NCBI GenBank assembly: GCA_965178125.1
Contig: OZ237765.1
Location: 62,001-126,000, forward strand
Source: Bilabrum cf. latius
Taxonomy: Eukaryota
Direction: 5' to 3'
Length of the DNA: 64,000 bases
The position numbers and the translations under genes are program-made. Every line of letters begins with the position of its first letter. Within the stretch, counting starts at the first letter, position 1. Of this stretch, positions 1 to 13,419 are shown in pieces. Under the pieces are notes generated by a model. That model saw only the letters and a program-made list of their open reading frames with translations. It ran no database searches and was not told the DNA's origin.

Positions 1-1461
1 CCTGGGGTACCAGCGGCTGCGCTGCAGTGTGATGCACTTTCCCACTGGACTGCACAATATCGACTACCCGCGAGTGCGAGGCACGTCCATGGTGCGACAT
101 GGATTTTGATTCATTGCCACCACTGGCAGTGGCGGAGGCATCGGCGGATTTTATTGGCCTCTATTTCTTGCCCTTCCGCACGATTCTGCTGGTATTGCCC
201 CGTGCATCCACAGCCGTGGTGCCTGGGTTTACGCTCAGCCTCTCCCAAAACGAGGCGGGCAGGCTCTCCGCGGACAGCTGCGACTCGAATCGCCAGTAGG
301 TTGGCAGCGCCGGGCTCATGATCCGGAAGGCGTCCAGGCGAGCGGCCATGGAAGGGAAGACAACCTCTAGTCCGGTGCTGCTCGATGGATAATTGCGGGC
401 TAGAGACCGCTCCATCTCGAGGTACAGCAGTTCGATAGGGAGACCGATCCAGCCGCTGAGCATTAACTTATTGGTGATTTCCTCCGCCGTCAGCGTGTCG
501 GTATTCAACTGCGCATACTCTGCACGAGTGTAATATGCATACTTTATGGCCACTGTGGCCGGACGACTGCGACAAAGGTTATTGGGCAAACGAAAGGCAG
601 AGGAAAATGCACCGAGCAAGTGATCAGCCTGTGCATTTCCCGGCATTCGACTACTGATACCGCTTTGCTGAGAGCTAATGCATGTGGCTTACAGAGCAAA
701 AAGTCTGCGAACAATAGAGCGACGAGGCAGGCGTGCTGGTGGGGCTGTCATTGATGGAGGCTCGTAGGCTCGAATATGATGTGCCGCCACGTCTCCAAAT
801 GGCATGCTTTCATCGAGCTCACACATGAAACGCGACGTACTCTACCGTGTACAACGACTCATAGCCCTTTTCTGTGTAGTAAGGCGCTACGATCATGATC
901 ATCCACATTGTCTGGAGCAGTAGCTAGAAGATGAACGGCCCTGGGCTCAAGCAGCTCGAACAATCTGGAAGAAACGAACGGTTGTAGAGACCGTGGATTC
1001 CATGATACCACCATATGACTGGGGTAGTGAGTACGGCGAAATAATTATACATGAACTCGGGCAGGAACTGGTCCCAGTGAAACTCGACCTGCGATAGGAT
1101 AGGCACTTCCGCTAGCTCGACTGTGACACCCACTAAGCCCGCAAGACTTATTCGGGTACGAATGGTGGAAATGTATATGCATTACATCGAAAACATTCAT
1201 TAAGCATCTCACCCTCGCATCGTCGCGACGAAGAAGCAGCTCAACAGCCTCAGCCGTTCGGAGTGTCTGTGCGATTATGGGTATGCTCGGCGTCTGCACC
1301 GGTTCTTCCTTATCCACTGGATTCTGCCAAAAACTAGAGGACTTAGATTCAAGTCTACTTCGCATGGTGAGACCCCTTGTGTACCCAATGAACATCCGCG
1401 ATTGCTTTTCGTTTCGCGGTCGCAACCGCATTACATTATTTGGTCGCATCACTGATGGCAT
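1..1461 (-). CDS. Partial, probably multi-exon membrane protein of unknown function; runs off the left edge
   Basis: Protein-like segments at 1045-1461, 924-1133 and 161-646. The 924-1133 segment continues through TAG 924 into hydrophobic LLLQTMWMIMIVAPYY. The 161-646 segment continues through TAG 161 and stays open to the window edge. GTGAG donor-like sites occur near 1213 and 822, but exon boundaries are not resolved. Confidence 0.4.
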
Positions 1462-1515
1462 GGGATGATCCTTGACTGGCCAAGCGCACTCGCACCCCGT
1501 CCAGTAAACACAACA

Positions 1516-3603
1516 TTACCCAACCAAAAACTTTCCGCCCGGCCCGCTCGCCCACGCCAGGCTCGCATCCGTCTCCACGAGCCACCCGCCCTCCGAGTCG
1601 CCGACCTCTTCCCGCTGCACTGCCTCGCCCGAGGCGACTGCCCGCCGCAGGCGCACGTCCCTGGGCCGCTGCCACCTCCCTGTCTCCTCCTGCAGGTGCA
1701 CAGGGCCCTCCCCCTTCCCGGGCCCACCCCCAAGCACTCCCGCCCCCTGTGGCCTGCTCGACTGCCCCATGGCCCCCCTCCACAGGGGACTCTCAGGTGG
1801 TACACCCAGCACCCCCACCCCCACCTCCGCCCCCACTTCGGGGTCACCTCCGAACTCCACCTGGCCCCTCTTCCTCCTCCCCCCGCTACCCCCTTTGAAC
1901 CCCTTTCCCCCTCTCCTTGCCCCAGCCTACCCCCCCAGCGGCGCCATCTCACCCGTGAAAGCCGCTTGCCACCAGGGGAACAAATGCTTCTCCATGTCTT
2001 CGCACAGCGCTTTGGAGGGCTTGGACAACAATTCCGATTGGCCCATCTGATTCCCAGTGCCATCGCATTCCCGCCGCAGCACGTAGGCCAGCATCTGCCA
2101 GTTGTCCCCAGTCACCACGCTGCCAGACATGGCCAGATCCAGCCCATCCCAGTCCTCGGGCTCGGACCGGGGATCCCTCTGCCTCAAAGGGTCCACGATC
2201 CTGGGGATGCCGCCTTTCGTCTGGTGCCAGTAGCCCTTGGGGTAGTACAGCAGTTCCCCCGGCATGAGATCCGCCCACCGGCAGGATGCCCTCTGCACGA
2301 GGGGGAATTTCTTGAAGTCGGGACGGAACATGTCCACCTCGCCCACCTGGTACAGGAGGGCAGTCTGGTTCGCGGGGCAGATGACCCACCGTTTGACGCC
2401 CGCCAGCTGCAGCTGCCATGACCCGCTGTGGATCGCGTCCCAGTGGAAGTTGATCCCAGCCCCGGGGGCCCCCATCGTCACCATGTCCCACCGCGTGATG
2501 TCCAAGAACTCCTCCATCAGAGCCTGCGAGCTGAAACCACCCTCCAGCCAGAAGCGGTCAGACCGGAACAATGGCGGGATGACGTGCCTCTCCGGCGCCC
2601 CCTCCCCCTCGGTACCCCCCTCCCCCTCCCCCTGCCCCTCCCAATCCATGCCAGTGTGCCCCCTCAGCTCGTCCCACAGAGCACGGGGGGGGCGGTAGAA
2701 GGCGTAAGGGGTCCGGAGCCTCGCGCCTGCACCCGGGCCCCTCCCCGGGTCATCCTCGTGAAACACGGACAAAATCCTGCGGTCCTGCTCCGTGGCGTTC
2801 CCGCCCCTGGCCCTCTGCTGCGCGGCGCGGATCATGCGGAACCTCTTCTGTTGCGGGAAGAGCTCCCTCTCCCAGCGGCCCACCCGCTTGAGCAGGCGCT
2901 TGACGGCCTCCACCACTGGCATATCGAAGGCCTGAGCCAGGGTGCGGTCGAGACCGTGGGGGTACAATCCGGTGTCGCTGATGGGCTTGGTCTCGTCGCC
3001 CGGTCGGATCGTGCCTGCGCGCACCTGCTCGTTGTGTGTGGCGAGCGCCTGCTTGCGGCGCTCGGCGGTGTTGGCCTTGCCAAACCAGCGTGCCAGCGAG
3101 GTCGCTGTGATATTCTTGTGTGGAAGCGGTAGACCAATGTCTGTGAGTATGAATGACTCCCTGCCCTCCAAGTAGTCGCGGTACTGAGGCAGATAAATAT
3201 CCGCTGCCCGTATTCGGGCCAGTGGCGCCAGAGGGATCCGCTGGAGCCCTTCCTCGGCCTCCCGCTTTGCCTCCTCGAGATCGACCATCGCTTTCTGCTC
3301 CTGGCGCTCGCATTCCCACATATTGAATGTCGCACTGTCGCCAAAAGGGTCCAAGTCGATCGAATGCTCGAGCCGAGTCCTGGAGTCCTGAATGTTTCCC
3401 TGTCGCATCTCACTCACAGCCACATTATTTAAAACACCCGGATCATTCGGATTCTCCTAGAGAGCGAGCAAAAAATAATGCAGCGCTCCGCTCTCGTTGC
3501 CCTTCTGGCCTTCACTTATTCCTCGGTCCATGAAGTCATTCACTCGATCCTGGCTGGTAAGGGCAAGCGTCGTCACTGCAGCCATGACAATAAGAACAAT
3601 CAT
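1516..3603 (-). CDS. Signal-peptide + TPR + JmjC/cupin-like 2-oxoglutarate dioxygenase
   Basis: ORFs 3457-3840, 1927-3423 and 1516-1860 share a frame and are joined by TAG at 3457 and 1927; the stop is TAA at 1516. Hydrophobic N-terminus MIVLIVMAAV. A TPR (ALHYFLLAL*ENPNDPGVLNNVAV) spans a TAG. JmjC motifs HWD...GVKRWVICP...PGELLYYPKGYWHQT. The start could instead be 3774. Confidence 0.75.
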
Positions 3604-3770
3604 GATCCCAACGCACGACACTACGCGCCGATACGAGGCGCAGTTTGCAGATGATGTGTGTGGTGTCGGCTTGACCCGGATGCCGACAGTGCGGTGCAGC
3701 CTGCGCTGGCACCGGCGGTGCTGTAACATACAAACCGAACCTGATTCATGCGGCCAATAATTTTCACTTT

Positions 3771-4703
3771 TCATGGCACGCCCGCCTTCCCTGGTCCGCT
3801 TCCGTCTTCCCCTTTCACCCACACGCAGGCCTCCACGCACACCTGCGCCCGATCAAACACGACCCAGCTGGCCCACGGCTCGGCCACCTCGCCCTCCGAC
3901 CCCGGCGCACTCGTCACGCGAGTCCACCGCCCTGGCCTGAGCACCCCACCAGAACCAGCCCCCTCTCCGTCTGCAAGCCTCCCCAGGGCCGCAGCTGCTA
4001 CGGCAGCAGAAACGGGCCCGCCCACAGGAAGCACCCCTGCTGCAGAGCCACTGGTCTGCATGCCCCCGCTGGCCCCCTCCGTGCCCTCCACCGCCGTGTC
4101 GCCGTCCTCCGCGTACCAATCGTCACACCACTCCGCGTCCTCGGATGGATCGGTGCAGCGCTTGCCCAGCCACATGAGGCTGTCGGCATCCCCGGGCGCG
4201 GCGCCCCGGGTGGTTCCGCAGAGCACAGGGGCCTCCCTCCCGAGGGCCGCGCGCACCAGCAGAAGCATGCACTCGTCACACCCCAAGGCCCCTGCATCCG
4301 CCAGCGCGCCCTCGGGCCGGTCGAACAACCTCAGCCCACGGGGACAGCCCCCCAGCCCGGTAAGGCCCGAGGATGCCTCACCAGGCTCGTCGATCGGAGC
4401 CATGGCACCGTGGGCCAAAACTGCCAGCTCCTGCCCCTGCCGCACCGCCGTCCACAACAGCCGAACATTCCGGGAAACGTCCCCTTTCCCCCCCTCCGTT
4501 GTTCCCTGGCGAAGCACAGCCTCGCTCCCCTTCGCCAGCCCTTCCCACCGCGCCTCTCCAGATCCGGATCCCGATCGCGCCCCCTGCATGGCCCACTTGA
4601 CTCGCAGGGCGCGCTGGAACGCGCTGAAGGCTGCGTGTTCCCCAGCGTGCCGGCAGCGGAAGGCACCGAGCACTTTCATTGCCTGTGGGCTGCTAGCCGT
4701 AAC

Positions 4704-4749
<46 letters not shown>

Positions 4750-6372
4750 GACAGACCTGTCCCCGCTGCATCAGGGGCAGGCGGCAGGGACAGGGACAGG
4801 GAGGCCTCCGGTCCCGCGCTAGGGGCACCTTCCTCACTCGTCACACCCACTGGCGCGCAGCACAGAGCGGCGATGGCCCGGCCCATGCGAGACCCAGGCA
4901 GCACGGCTCGCAAGGCGCGCCCTGTGGCCAGGCACAGCGCACTCGCAGGGGGGATGGACCCAGCGAGGTTCCCCTGCCGCCGGAGTGCAGCCAGTCGGCA
5001 GGCATGGGCCAGGGCAGGTGCAGACCACCGCCGCAGCAGCAGCAGAGAGCGCAACCCGCGGCGCAGGGATCTCGCGGTTGCAACCGGCGGCAGCTGTGTG
5101 TCGGGGACAGCCCTGGGCTTGAGCAGGGGGACGAGGCCGAGTGCCTCTCGCCAGAGGCGCAGGGCGGCGCGACGAATGCGGTGTGACGAGCGCAGCTTGT
5201 CGTCAGCCCTGTCCCCATCCCCCTCGTCTTCGTCCTCGTCGCCCTGGCCCTCGTCACACTCGTCACCCTGGTCCTCCATGGCCTCCAGCTCTCCCACGAG
5301 CGACCCCATGGACCGCATGGCGCCCTCCAGATGCACCTCCTCCACCAGCTCCAAGAGACCAGTCCAATCCTGCACCCAAGTCGGCTGGCTGGATGCACCC
5401 TCTATCGCGCCTTGCTATTCCCCCGACGTGCCAGCGGCGCCCTCGGCTCCATCGCCCTCCTCCTCCTCCTCTAGCATCGCATCAAAGGCCGCCTCGTCCT
5501 TGGCTGCCTGTCCCTCCTTCTTGGCTAAGACAGCCGCCTCGGGCCCGGGTCCCCGCATCCCCTCGGCCAGCAGCCCCCGCACCACGCGAGCCGGAGCACT
5601 GGCCCTCGCCATCAGCTGCTCAACGGACATGCGGAACGGGGGGATGCCATCCACGGGCGCGAGGCCCGGCATGCCCCCGAACAGCACCTGCCACTCTCCG
5701 TCATCTTCTTCATCTTCCTCCTCTTCACCCCCCTTGCCTTTCCGGCCTCCACGCTTCGATGCCGAGGATCCTGCTCGACCCCCCTTTCTCGCCTTCTTGC
5801 CAGTGGACAGCCGGCCCTTTCTCGCCGATTTTGCGCGCTTGGCAGGAGTCGGCGACCGTAGCATGTCCTCGAATTCACCCTCGGTGTCCAGTTGGCTTGC
5901 CTGCTCGGCACGACGGCGCTTGCGCTTGGGCTGCTTCGCTGGGGTCTCCGCGCCGGACTCATCACCCGAACTGCTTGCGGCACCACCCCTTTTTGCCAGC
6001 CTGCCTTTTCTCGGCTTCTTTGCACTAGCTGGGGCATCCTCTACTCGGTCATCGGCAGCCCCTTGAGCATTCGCGTACGCATCAGGCAAGGCTGCCTTGA
6101 TGGCAGGCTTGAACTTCTTGACTTCGTGTCGGCTCACTCCAAGGCGCTTACCGAGCTGCAATGCAAATTTAAACGCAATTTCAATGAAACACATACTTAG
6201 TATGCGACCCACATTATCCACGGTTAGGAGAGCAGATGCACTGGGATACTAATCTCACGGATTTCAGAAGCTGCTTGAATGTGATACTGCTCAGGTCGAC
6301 ACCGTCCGCATACTGGCTACTAATGAAGGCAAACAGATGCCTTTCAACATCCCCCTTCGTAACCTCAGACAT
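3771..6372 (-). CDS. Protein with N-terminal DEK-C-like domain and long low-complexity region; intron 6156-6258
   Basis: Exon 1 MSEVTKG...DLSSITFKQLLKS is joined by a GTGAGA...TTGCAG intron to exon 2 LGKRLGVSRHEVKKFKPAIK, giving a DEK-C pattern. A basic NLS-like stretch follows. In-frame TAG at 5415; stop TGA at 3771. Confidence 0.6.
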
Positions 6373-6484
6373 AATCGCGGATGGAAGGGGAGGCACCAGT
6401 TCAATTTACCTAGGAAGCTCAATATCGAATCAGTCTCTCGAATTCAAAAATTCGCTCGTCACACCAAAACTCAGACAATGCTTG

Positions 6485-6737
6485 CCTGACCTAAAGCATC
6501 TAGGCTACCGCCTATTCTGAGAGAAGCAAGAAGATAATCGGATTAGATCGACTGATCTGGTCCAATTGTCTCGCTATGAGGCTCTCACTTGGTACTATTG
6601 TATGCTTATTTGCTATTATTTGTGAGTGCCGGGGAGTCGAGCTCCCCGGTATAGTTACGTGCACTTTAGTGCGCTAGAATGAGGTATAACTAGAAGTGAT
6701 TGCACCTGACCTAAAGCATCTAGGCTACCGCCTATTC
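6485..6737 (+). repeat. Pair of identical 33-bp direct repeats (6485-6517 and 6705-6737)
   Basis: CCTGACCTAAAGCATCTAGGCTACCGCCTATTC occurs twice around a 187-bp intergenic spacer. Confidence 0.95.
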
Positions 6738-6777
6738 GTCGTGAACGTCCAGCCATAGCATGCTTCCAGGTCGTATC

Positions 6778-9700
6778 TCAGCCCATGGGTCTCCATGGCT
6801 CGGGCAACATGCCGCCGATCACCAGCGGATCCACCCACGCCTGCGTCTCCAGCGCATCCACCGACCCGCCCACCGGCACCAGGCCAGAGCCGCCCACTCT
6901 GCCGCCTACCAGCGCCCCGCCCGCCTTAGAGCCAGATGCACCGGACCCCCCTTTACGCCTCCCCGCCGCATCCGCCACGGGCCCCTCCCACGCCCCCTCC
7001 ACCCCCACGGCCAGCACCACACGGGATTGAGGCCGCAGAGCCACTGCCTCCCTCAGGCCAAACCACGCCCCCGCGAATGGCACGCACACCCCGCCCTTTG
7101 CCCCGCTGTTCCTCAGCCAGGCATCGTCCCGGGGACCCTCCGAAGTTCCTGCTGCCAGCCACACGCAGCTCCGATCGCGGATCGCATGCCTCACGGCAGC
7201 CTCCCCGGCCCCATCCGTCAGAGGTCCCCCCAGCCCCGGGCCCGGCTCCCCGCCCGTGGCCCCCCGATCATCGCCATCACGATGGTGCCCCGGGCCCAGC
7301 TCGCCCACCCTCGCGCACGGGTCGTCTTCGTCACGGCCCCTCCCCCGCATGACCGCCACAAGCGAGGCACCAGGGGTGCACTGCACTGCAGCACCCCCTC
7401 CCACCCCCTCCTCCCGCGGCCCCACTGCAGGCCCCTCTCCGAGACATGTCCCCCTGCAGTCCACAGTGAGGCAGTGCCCCAGCCCCAGCCCCGCCAGTCC
7501 ACCGAGCACAGCCGCATCCCCCGCCGCCGCCACCTCGAGGGCCCTCTCCACGGAGCTGCCGTCCCTCAATGAGGCACCCGCGATCCACCGGTAGGCCTGT
7601 CCCGCCGTGCCCTGGCCCAGACTGAACCCTGCTGCACTCGTCACACCAGAGGACCCTGTGCCCTTGCTAAGCTCGGGGCCCCCTGCCTCGGCTGCGGCTG
7701 CTCCTCCGCGCCTACCTCCACTCGTCACACCAGCGGACCCCTGCACGTGGGCGGCAGCCGCCAGCGCCCTTGCACAGGCAGGGTGCATGGCTCCCGTGAC
7801 TGCCATGTGCCTCAGAGACCGGAACAGACCACCTCTCCCGTCTCCACCTGGCCCTCCGCCCGACACTTCCTGCAGGTCCTGTGACAGCGCCGCACATGCA
7901 GCCCGTAGTGCCCTGGGCCTGTCCCTCTTTGCCCACCCAGGTGCGCTCCCACCCTCCTGCACCGCCACCCCCGCGCCACTGCCGGCCCCCTCGCCGTCCC
8001 CCTCGTGTTCCCTGTTGAGCAGAAGCGCGCTCCTCCTCTCCCCCAGCTGCTGCCCATGCAGCACACCCCCCGTCCCCGCCCCTGCCTCCCACTCCCCATC
8101 CGAGCAATCGGCGAGCAGCTCGCCCACCCCCGAGGACACCTGCCCCGATCCCGGCACAGGTCCACCTGCACTCCCGCTGCCACCCACCTGGGCGCCACCA
8201 GCAGCATCACCAGTACCGTCACCGTCGCTGTCGCTGTCGTCTTCCTCGGGGCCTTGCCCGCCAATAGGTGAAGCGGCATGGGCTGCCACTGCTGCCCCTG
8301 CTACCCCTTGGCCCGTCCCTGCTCCGGATCTTCCGCTGGGCCCAGTGCCGCTTGGAGCAGCCAGGTGTCGCCAGCCAGGCAGCGCGAGCAGCGGCGCAAA
8401 CTCAACGGATAGATCCCTCCAGGCACTCGCGCACCCATCGGACCTGCCGGCCAGCTGCCCCACCTGCAGTGCAGTGCACACGGCGCCCAGCCCCAGAGCA
8501 TCCCACCCCAGCCCAGCCGCCTCCTCCTCCTCCGTCGGCTCCCGCAGCGTCCGCCGCAGCAGCCGCACCCTGCCCCTGCCCGTGTCCACGCCGCCGCCAT
8601 CTTCACCTGACAAAGCACCCCCTGGCTTGCTTGTGCTCGCACCTGTCCCTGCCTTGCGTCTCCCAGCCCAGCTGCCGGCGGATGGAGGCTTGTACGCCCC
8701 TGTGCCTCCTGTGGTGGAGCTGCTAGCTCCCTTTGCTGCAGTGGCTCCTGCTGCACCACCATCACCTCCTGTAGATCTAGATGGGTGCAGCACACCCGCC
8801 GCGGGTTTGGCCATCCTCCTGAGCATGTCCAGCATCGCCTCTCCATCCATGTCCACAGCGGCAGTCACCTTCGCAAAGGCCTCCTGCCTTGGCCGCATCT
8901 CGAGCGACCTCAGCAGAGGGAGGCAGGCGGCCACGAGCATGGTCCGGGGGTGCATCCTGTGTGCCCCGCTGACTCGGAGGGTCCTGAGGGGGCTCCCCGC
9001 TAGTCCATGCCTCAATTCGATCGGAGAGGTGCTGGCGCTCAACCCCCTTGTGGGGTCACTTGCCCCCGCTGGACCCCTGCCCCCACCCCGGGGGCTCCGC
9101 GGGGCCATCGCCGGCAGGGTCACCCTCACTTCCGCTGTCTCCTTGGGGTGGCAAGCCATCGCCACGCGGCCCGCCACTCCCAGTGACCGCCCCACGGTTA
9201 GGATGGGGGACGCCCTAAGTGACCCCACGGTGGGGGGGAAGGACAGGTCCAGGTGCTCCAGGCGAGGCACGGCGCACAGCAGTGCAGACAGGTCCACAAC
9301 ATGTCCGTTGAGCTGCACAGTGCTCCCACCGCTGCCCCCTGCCGTGGCGCCTTGCACCCACATGCGCCGCATAGTCTGCCGCAGCACCCCCACGGCCACG
9401 GGGCCCCCAACTGGGGAGGGGCCTGCCTCCTCCCGGGGAGCTGCGCGGGTGCCTGTAACGCACCACCTGTGACGAGTGCGCGGCGCCGTTACTGCCCCAC
9501 CAGCCCCAGCTCCATCCCTACGCCCGCCCAGATCGATTCCGTCTGCCCCCCGCCCCGCCGCACGGTGCTCGTCTTCATCATCCCCACTGCCCGCCTCATC
9601 TTCATCGCTACTGCTGCTGCTCAGCGCCAGCCCACGCATCAAGCCCCCCCCCTGCCCACCCCTCCCTGTACCTGGCCTGCCGCCCCGCCCAGCACCACCC

Positions 9701-11916
9701 CTCCCCTCAGATGCAGGCCCCTTCCCCCTCGCCCTCCCGCGCCTGCCACCGCCCCCCTCTGGCCCTCTCGCGCCCCGGCCACGCACGGCCCCTAGCCCAA
9801 GCGCCTCCCTCGCACTCGTCACACGCCCTGCCATCTCTTCTACGCCCGCCTTGTTCCCCTCCAGAGGATCCTCGTCCATCGCCGCCCCTGACAGCAGGAC
9901 ACCCGCCGACTCGGCCGCCCCCGGCAGATGCAGCGGCCCGGTCTCCAGCTCGAGCTCGAGTGCCCGCAGGGTGCACCAGGGCCCCTCCGAGGAGACGTCG
10001 CCCGTGGCGGTGTGACGAGCGGCACGCTGCCCCAGATCGACGCACGTGGGCAGCAGCCCGCCCCCTGCCTCCGCCACGGCACACGCACTCGTCACAGCCC
10101 TAGGGTCCAGGTCCTCGTCCTGCAGACACCTGGCCCTGCACCGCAGCACGAGGAGCCTCTTGAGGGGCCGCAGCAGCTCCAGCACCGCGGCGAAGGACAG
10201 GCACCGAGTGGTCTCCGCCGGGAGAGCCAGCGCCCGCAGGCACTCGCATAGGCCCGTGGTCACCGGCGCCAGCATGTCTCGCACCAGCAGCTGCGTGCGC
10301 CCCACGGCCCGCCCAACCTCCCTGGGCCCGCACAGCCGGGGGTCCAGCGCCTCCGGCCCCCCTCTGAGCCCCTCCCCGCCCACTGTGACGGCCCACCCAC
10401 GCACGGACACCAGCGGATCCCCGCTGTCCGTCTCACTCGTCACACTCATCGGCTGGCTAAGGTCGAGGTACCGCAGCCCCGCACCCCCCCCTGCACCCCC
10501 CCCTGCCACGCCAGCCCCCCTTCGATGCAGCGCCTGCACCAGCGCCCGCGCCCCCTCGGGGTCCAGCCGGTGCCCCCGCAGATCCAGGGCCCGCCAGCGC
10601 CGGCCGGTGCCCTCCCCCCCCAGCACGAGGTCCGACACGTTCTCTATCCCGAATCGGTTGCAACCGCTCCCGTCCTCCGCCTCCGCGGTTGCAACCGCCG
10701 CCTGCCCCGCGAGCGCCAGCCTCCATTCCCTCAGCTCCCGCACCAGCCCATCATCCGCCGCCTCTCCGCCCGCCGAGGCACGCAGCGCCAGGCGCTCCAC
10801 CCGCATGGGATCGTCCTGCTGCTGCTGCTGCTCCTCGCCTTCACTCGTCACACCCTACCGCCGCACCGTCTCCTCCACGGTCTCGAGTCGCAGGGCAGCC
10901 GAGCGAGGCACCACCCTCGCCCCCGCCAGCCGGAGTGCCCCGAGCTGGGGAGCCCCCTTGCGGAAGGCGCGGATATCCACGGCCCCGCAGCCCCGCGCGT
11001 CCATGGCCCGCAGGCCTCGGGGAACAGCGACGCCCCTGAGGGAGGCCAGCGAGGCGCCATGCGTGCGCCCCAGCAGCAGCACCCGCAGGCCGCGCCAGGC
11101 CCCCAGCAGTCCCCAGTCCCAGGGGAGCCCACTGGAGGAAGACAAAGAGGAAGAGGCGGATTGGGCAAAAGAAGAAGTCGAGCCAACGATCCCGCTGCCG
11201 CTTGCAGCATTGGCCTGCCGCATCGCCCTCCCCATTCGTTGCGCCCTGCGGGCCATGTCCGAGCGTCTAAGCTGCTGCTGGGCCCGCCTCGCGTCTGCAT
11301 GGATGCTCTTCTCCAGCTTGCTGCCCGGGGGCGCCCTCGTCGAAGCGTCGATCGACTCGGCGCTCTGGGCGCCGGTGGGCAGCTAGGCGCCGCGCATGTC
11401 CAGGCACAGGAGGGCGTCCCGGGCGGATTCGCCTGCGAGAGGGTGTTCGGTCCATTTTAGCTCCGCGGCAGGTCCCTGCTCCCGGCCGCCGGCGTGCACG
11501 TGCTCGTCGTCGGCCGGCTCCCGGGGACCTCCCACCATGCGAGCGAGCAACGACCCGAGCTCCTCTTCCCCGAGCGACGCACCCTGGAAACTGAACCCAT
11601 TTGCATACGGGAATGTAATTGGTGAGATTTCTCGAGTCAAGCGCGACAGTTCGTCTGATGGGATGGAGTCCAGGCGCAGGGACTTGCTGGCGTGGCACTA
11701 CTAAAAGCTGCGAAATCCAGCCCACGATGCACCTTGCAGCGGCTTTCGCGCCTGAACAAGGTGCATCTAGTCGGTCGAAAGGCTATCCAGGTAGCCTGTT
11801 CGAACCGTGCGCCTCAAGTAGGCCCTGGAATCTTCCGCTATGAGGCCTGCCATCCCATCAAGTAGAAGCTCTTCCAGCGATGCACCACCGGATGTCTGCA
11901 CAAAGCACTCCGCCAT
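6778..11916 (-). CDS. Large (about 1710 aa) leucine-rich-repeat-like protein with Gly/Ala/Ser-rich insertions
   Basis: One frame runs from ATG 11916 to TGA 6778 with TAGs at 11767, 11701, 11698, 11383 and 10855. Scattered LxxLxLS motifs (WRALDLRG, LRYLDLSQ, LEHLDLSF, LRTLRVSG). Confidence 0.6.
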
Positions 11917-12451
11917 AATTGAGTCAGATCGATTGAATATTGTAAAAGTTCAGTTGTCACTTCTTGAGAGACTCAACAACAAAGAAATGGTTGTGAACCT
12001 GGCTCGCATGGATCGGGCATTCGAAACCGGAATCAGCCCGAGGCATACGGCGCCCCGGGCCGCCGCCACTGGCAGCGACAAACACCGTGCGGCGCTGCAA
12101 ACACCGCGTTAGTCCACCCGCACTGCTCCTTGCAGCCCACCATACTACTCCACTCCGCCCCACCGAGCTCCCAGCTCCCACAGGCCATGCCAGTTGGGTG
12201 CCTGCGACCCCTGGTGCGTCAAGTTGTCCCGCTGCTGGGCCGAGGGCCGTCTCTCGGGCTACCCAGCGCTGCGTGGTCCCAGGCCCGGCCAACTCATGCT
12301 GCCATGCACGATCGCAGCTGGCGGTGACTTGGTGGTGTACAGCACTTCTGAACCTCGGCTGGATCCGAGACATCGGGGGTCTCAGCTGAGCTTCACGACC
12401 TAGCTGCACCCTGCCGGCCTGGAGGCGGTCTGTCTTATGCCGGTACAGTGA

Positions 12452-13063
12452 TCATGTCGCTGCTGCACCTGATGCCATCGCAGAGGACGAAGAAGAGGAC
12501 GAATAAGACGGTGTGGTGCTCGCAGCGAGCACGGGCCCGGCTCCCAGGTCCAGCGGCTCCCTCCTCGCGTCCTCCTGGTCCATCTCCAGCAGCTTCGCCT
12601 CAATCATCGCCACTTTGTCCGAGAGCCGGGCTAGACCGGCTAGTTTCTGCTCTCGTTCCCTCGCTCGCATTGTCTGCCAAGCCGACCGCGCATCGCTCGC
12701 TTTCTCGTCTGCGGTACGGAATTCCCTTGCTCTGGACCCCGTCTAGCCGTGTCCGGAAATGGTCCCGGATTTAGAGAACACCATCTCTTTCGCCTCAAAT
12801 CGAACAGTAACGTTCTTATCGTGCAGCTGAGCTCCATCCATGCCAAGCTGTGCCTCCCGCGCTTCCTCCCTACTCCCCATAGTCACAAATGCAAACCCTT
12901 GAGGCAGGCCACGACGGGGCCCTGACTTGAAAAATGCAATATTGACGTCCTTGACTTTACCGTACTTGCTAAATGCAGTGAGCAGGTCATATTCGCGCGC
13001 ACGCGTACTCAGTCCGCCAACGTGGAGCCGCACCTGGCTATCATCCCTAGCAGAAGCAGCCAT
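12452..13063 (-). CDS. RBM18: RRM RNA-binding protein, RBM18-like
   Basis: RNP2 LHVGGL and RNP1 QGFAFV, preceded by the FFKSGPRRGLP stretch typical of RBM18. The C-terminal KVAMIEAKLLEM motif lies downstream of an in-frame TAG at 12743. Stop TGA at 12452. Confidence 0.8.
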
Positions 13064-13419
13064 GGCCGCAGAAGTCAGTTAAGATTTGCAGCAGATATCA
13101 CACAGAAAGCTTAAACTATCCTATGTTCGTAGAGAGAAGAGCGCAGCGCGCAGTGTGGTGTTTGTAGAGTTTGTCCAAGAAATGCTGTCCATCAATCGTC
13201 ACGACGACTGTCGGACGCACTGCATCGACGTGCAGCCAGACCTGCGAGGTGTCCCCCGGAAAGACACCCCCCAGATACAGCCCCGGTCAATGACGACCAA
13301 AGGCTCTTCTCCAGGTCCGACCAGGGTCCCCGGAATGTGCACCTAACCCGCCAAGGACCGCCCGCTAAGCCGTATGCTAAGCCCAGACATGCCTACCTAA
13401 ACCATGTCAATCCGCAGAT

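Noticed and set aside
1045-1518. Read-through of TAA 1516 fusing the JmjC gene to the next in-frame ORF at 1461
   Set aside because: Frame coincidence has a one-in-three chance, the linker is not protein-like, and the downstream ORF has its own ATG.
6600-6700. Suppressor tRNA(CUA)
   Set aside because: A T-arm-like hairpin is present, but I could not build an acceptor stem, D-arm or 7-nt anticodon loop. I recognised no tRNA anywhere in the window.
3748-9472. Long antisense ORFs (3748-6066, 7607-9472 and many similar)
   Set aside because: These are Pro/Ser/Ala-rich shadow frames of GC-rich genes on the opposite strand, with no domain motifs.
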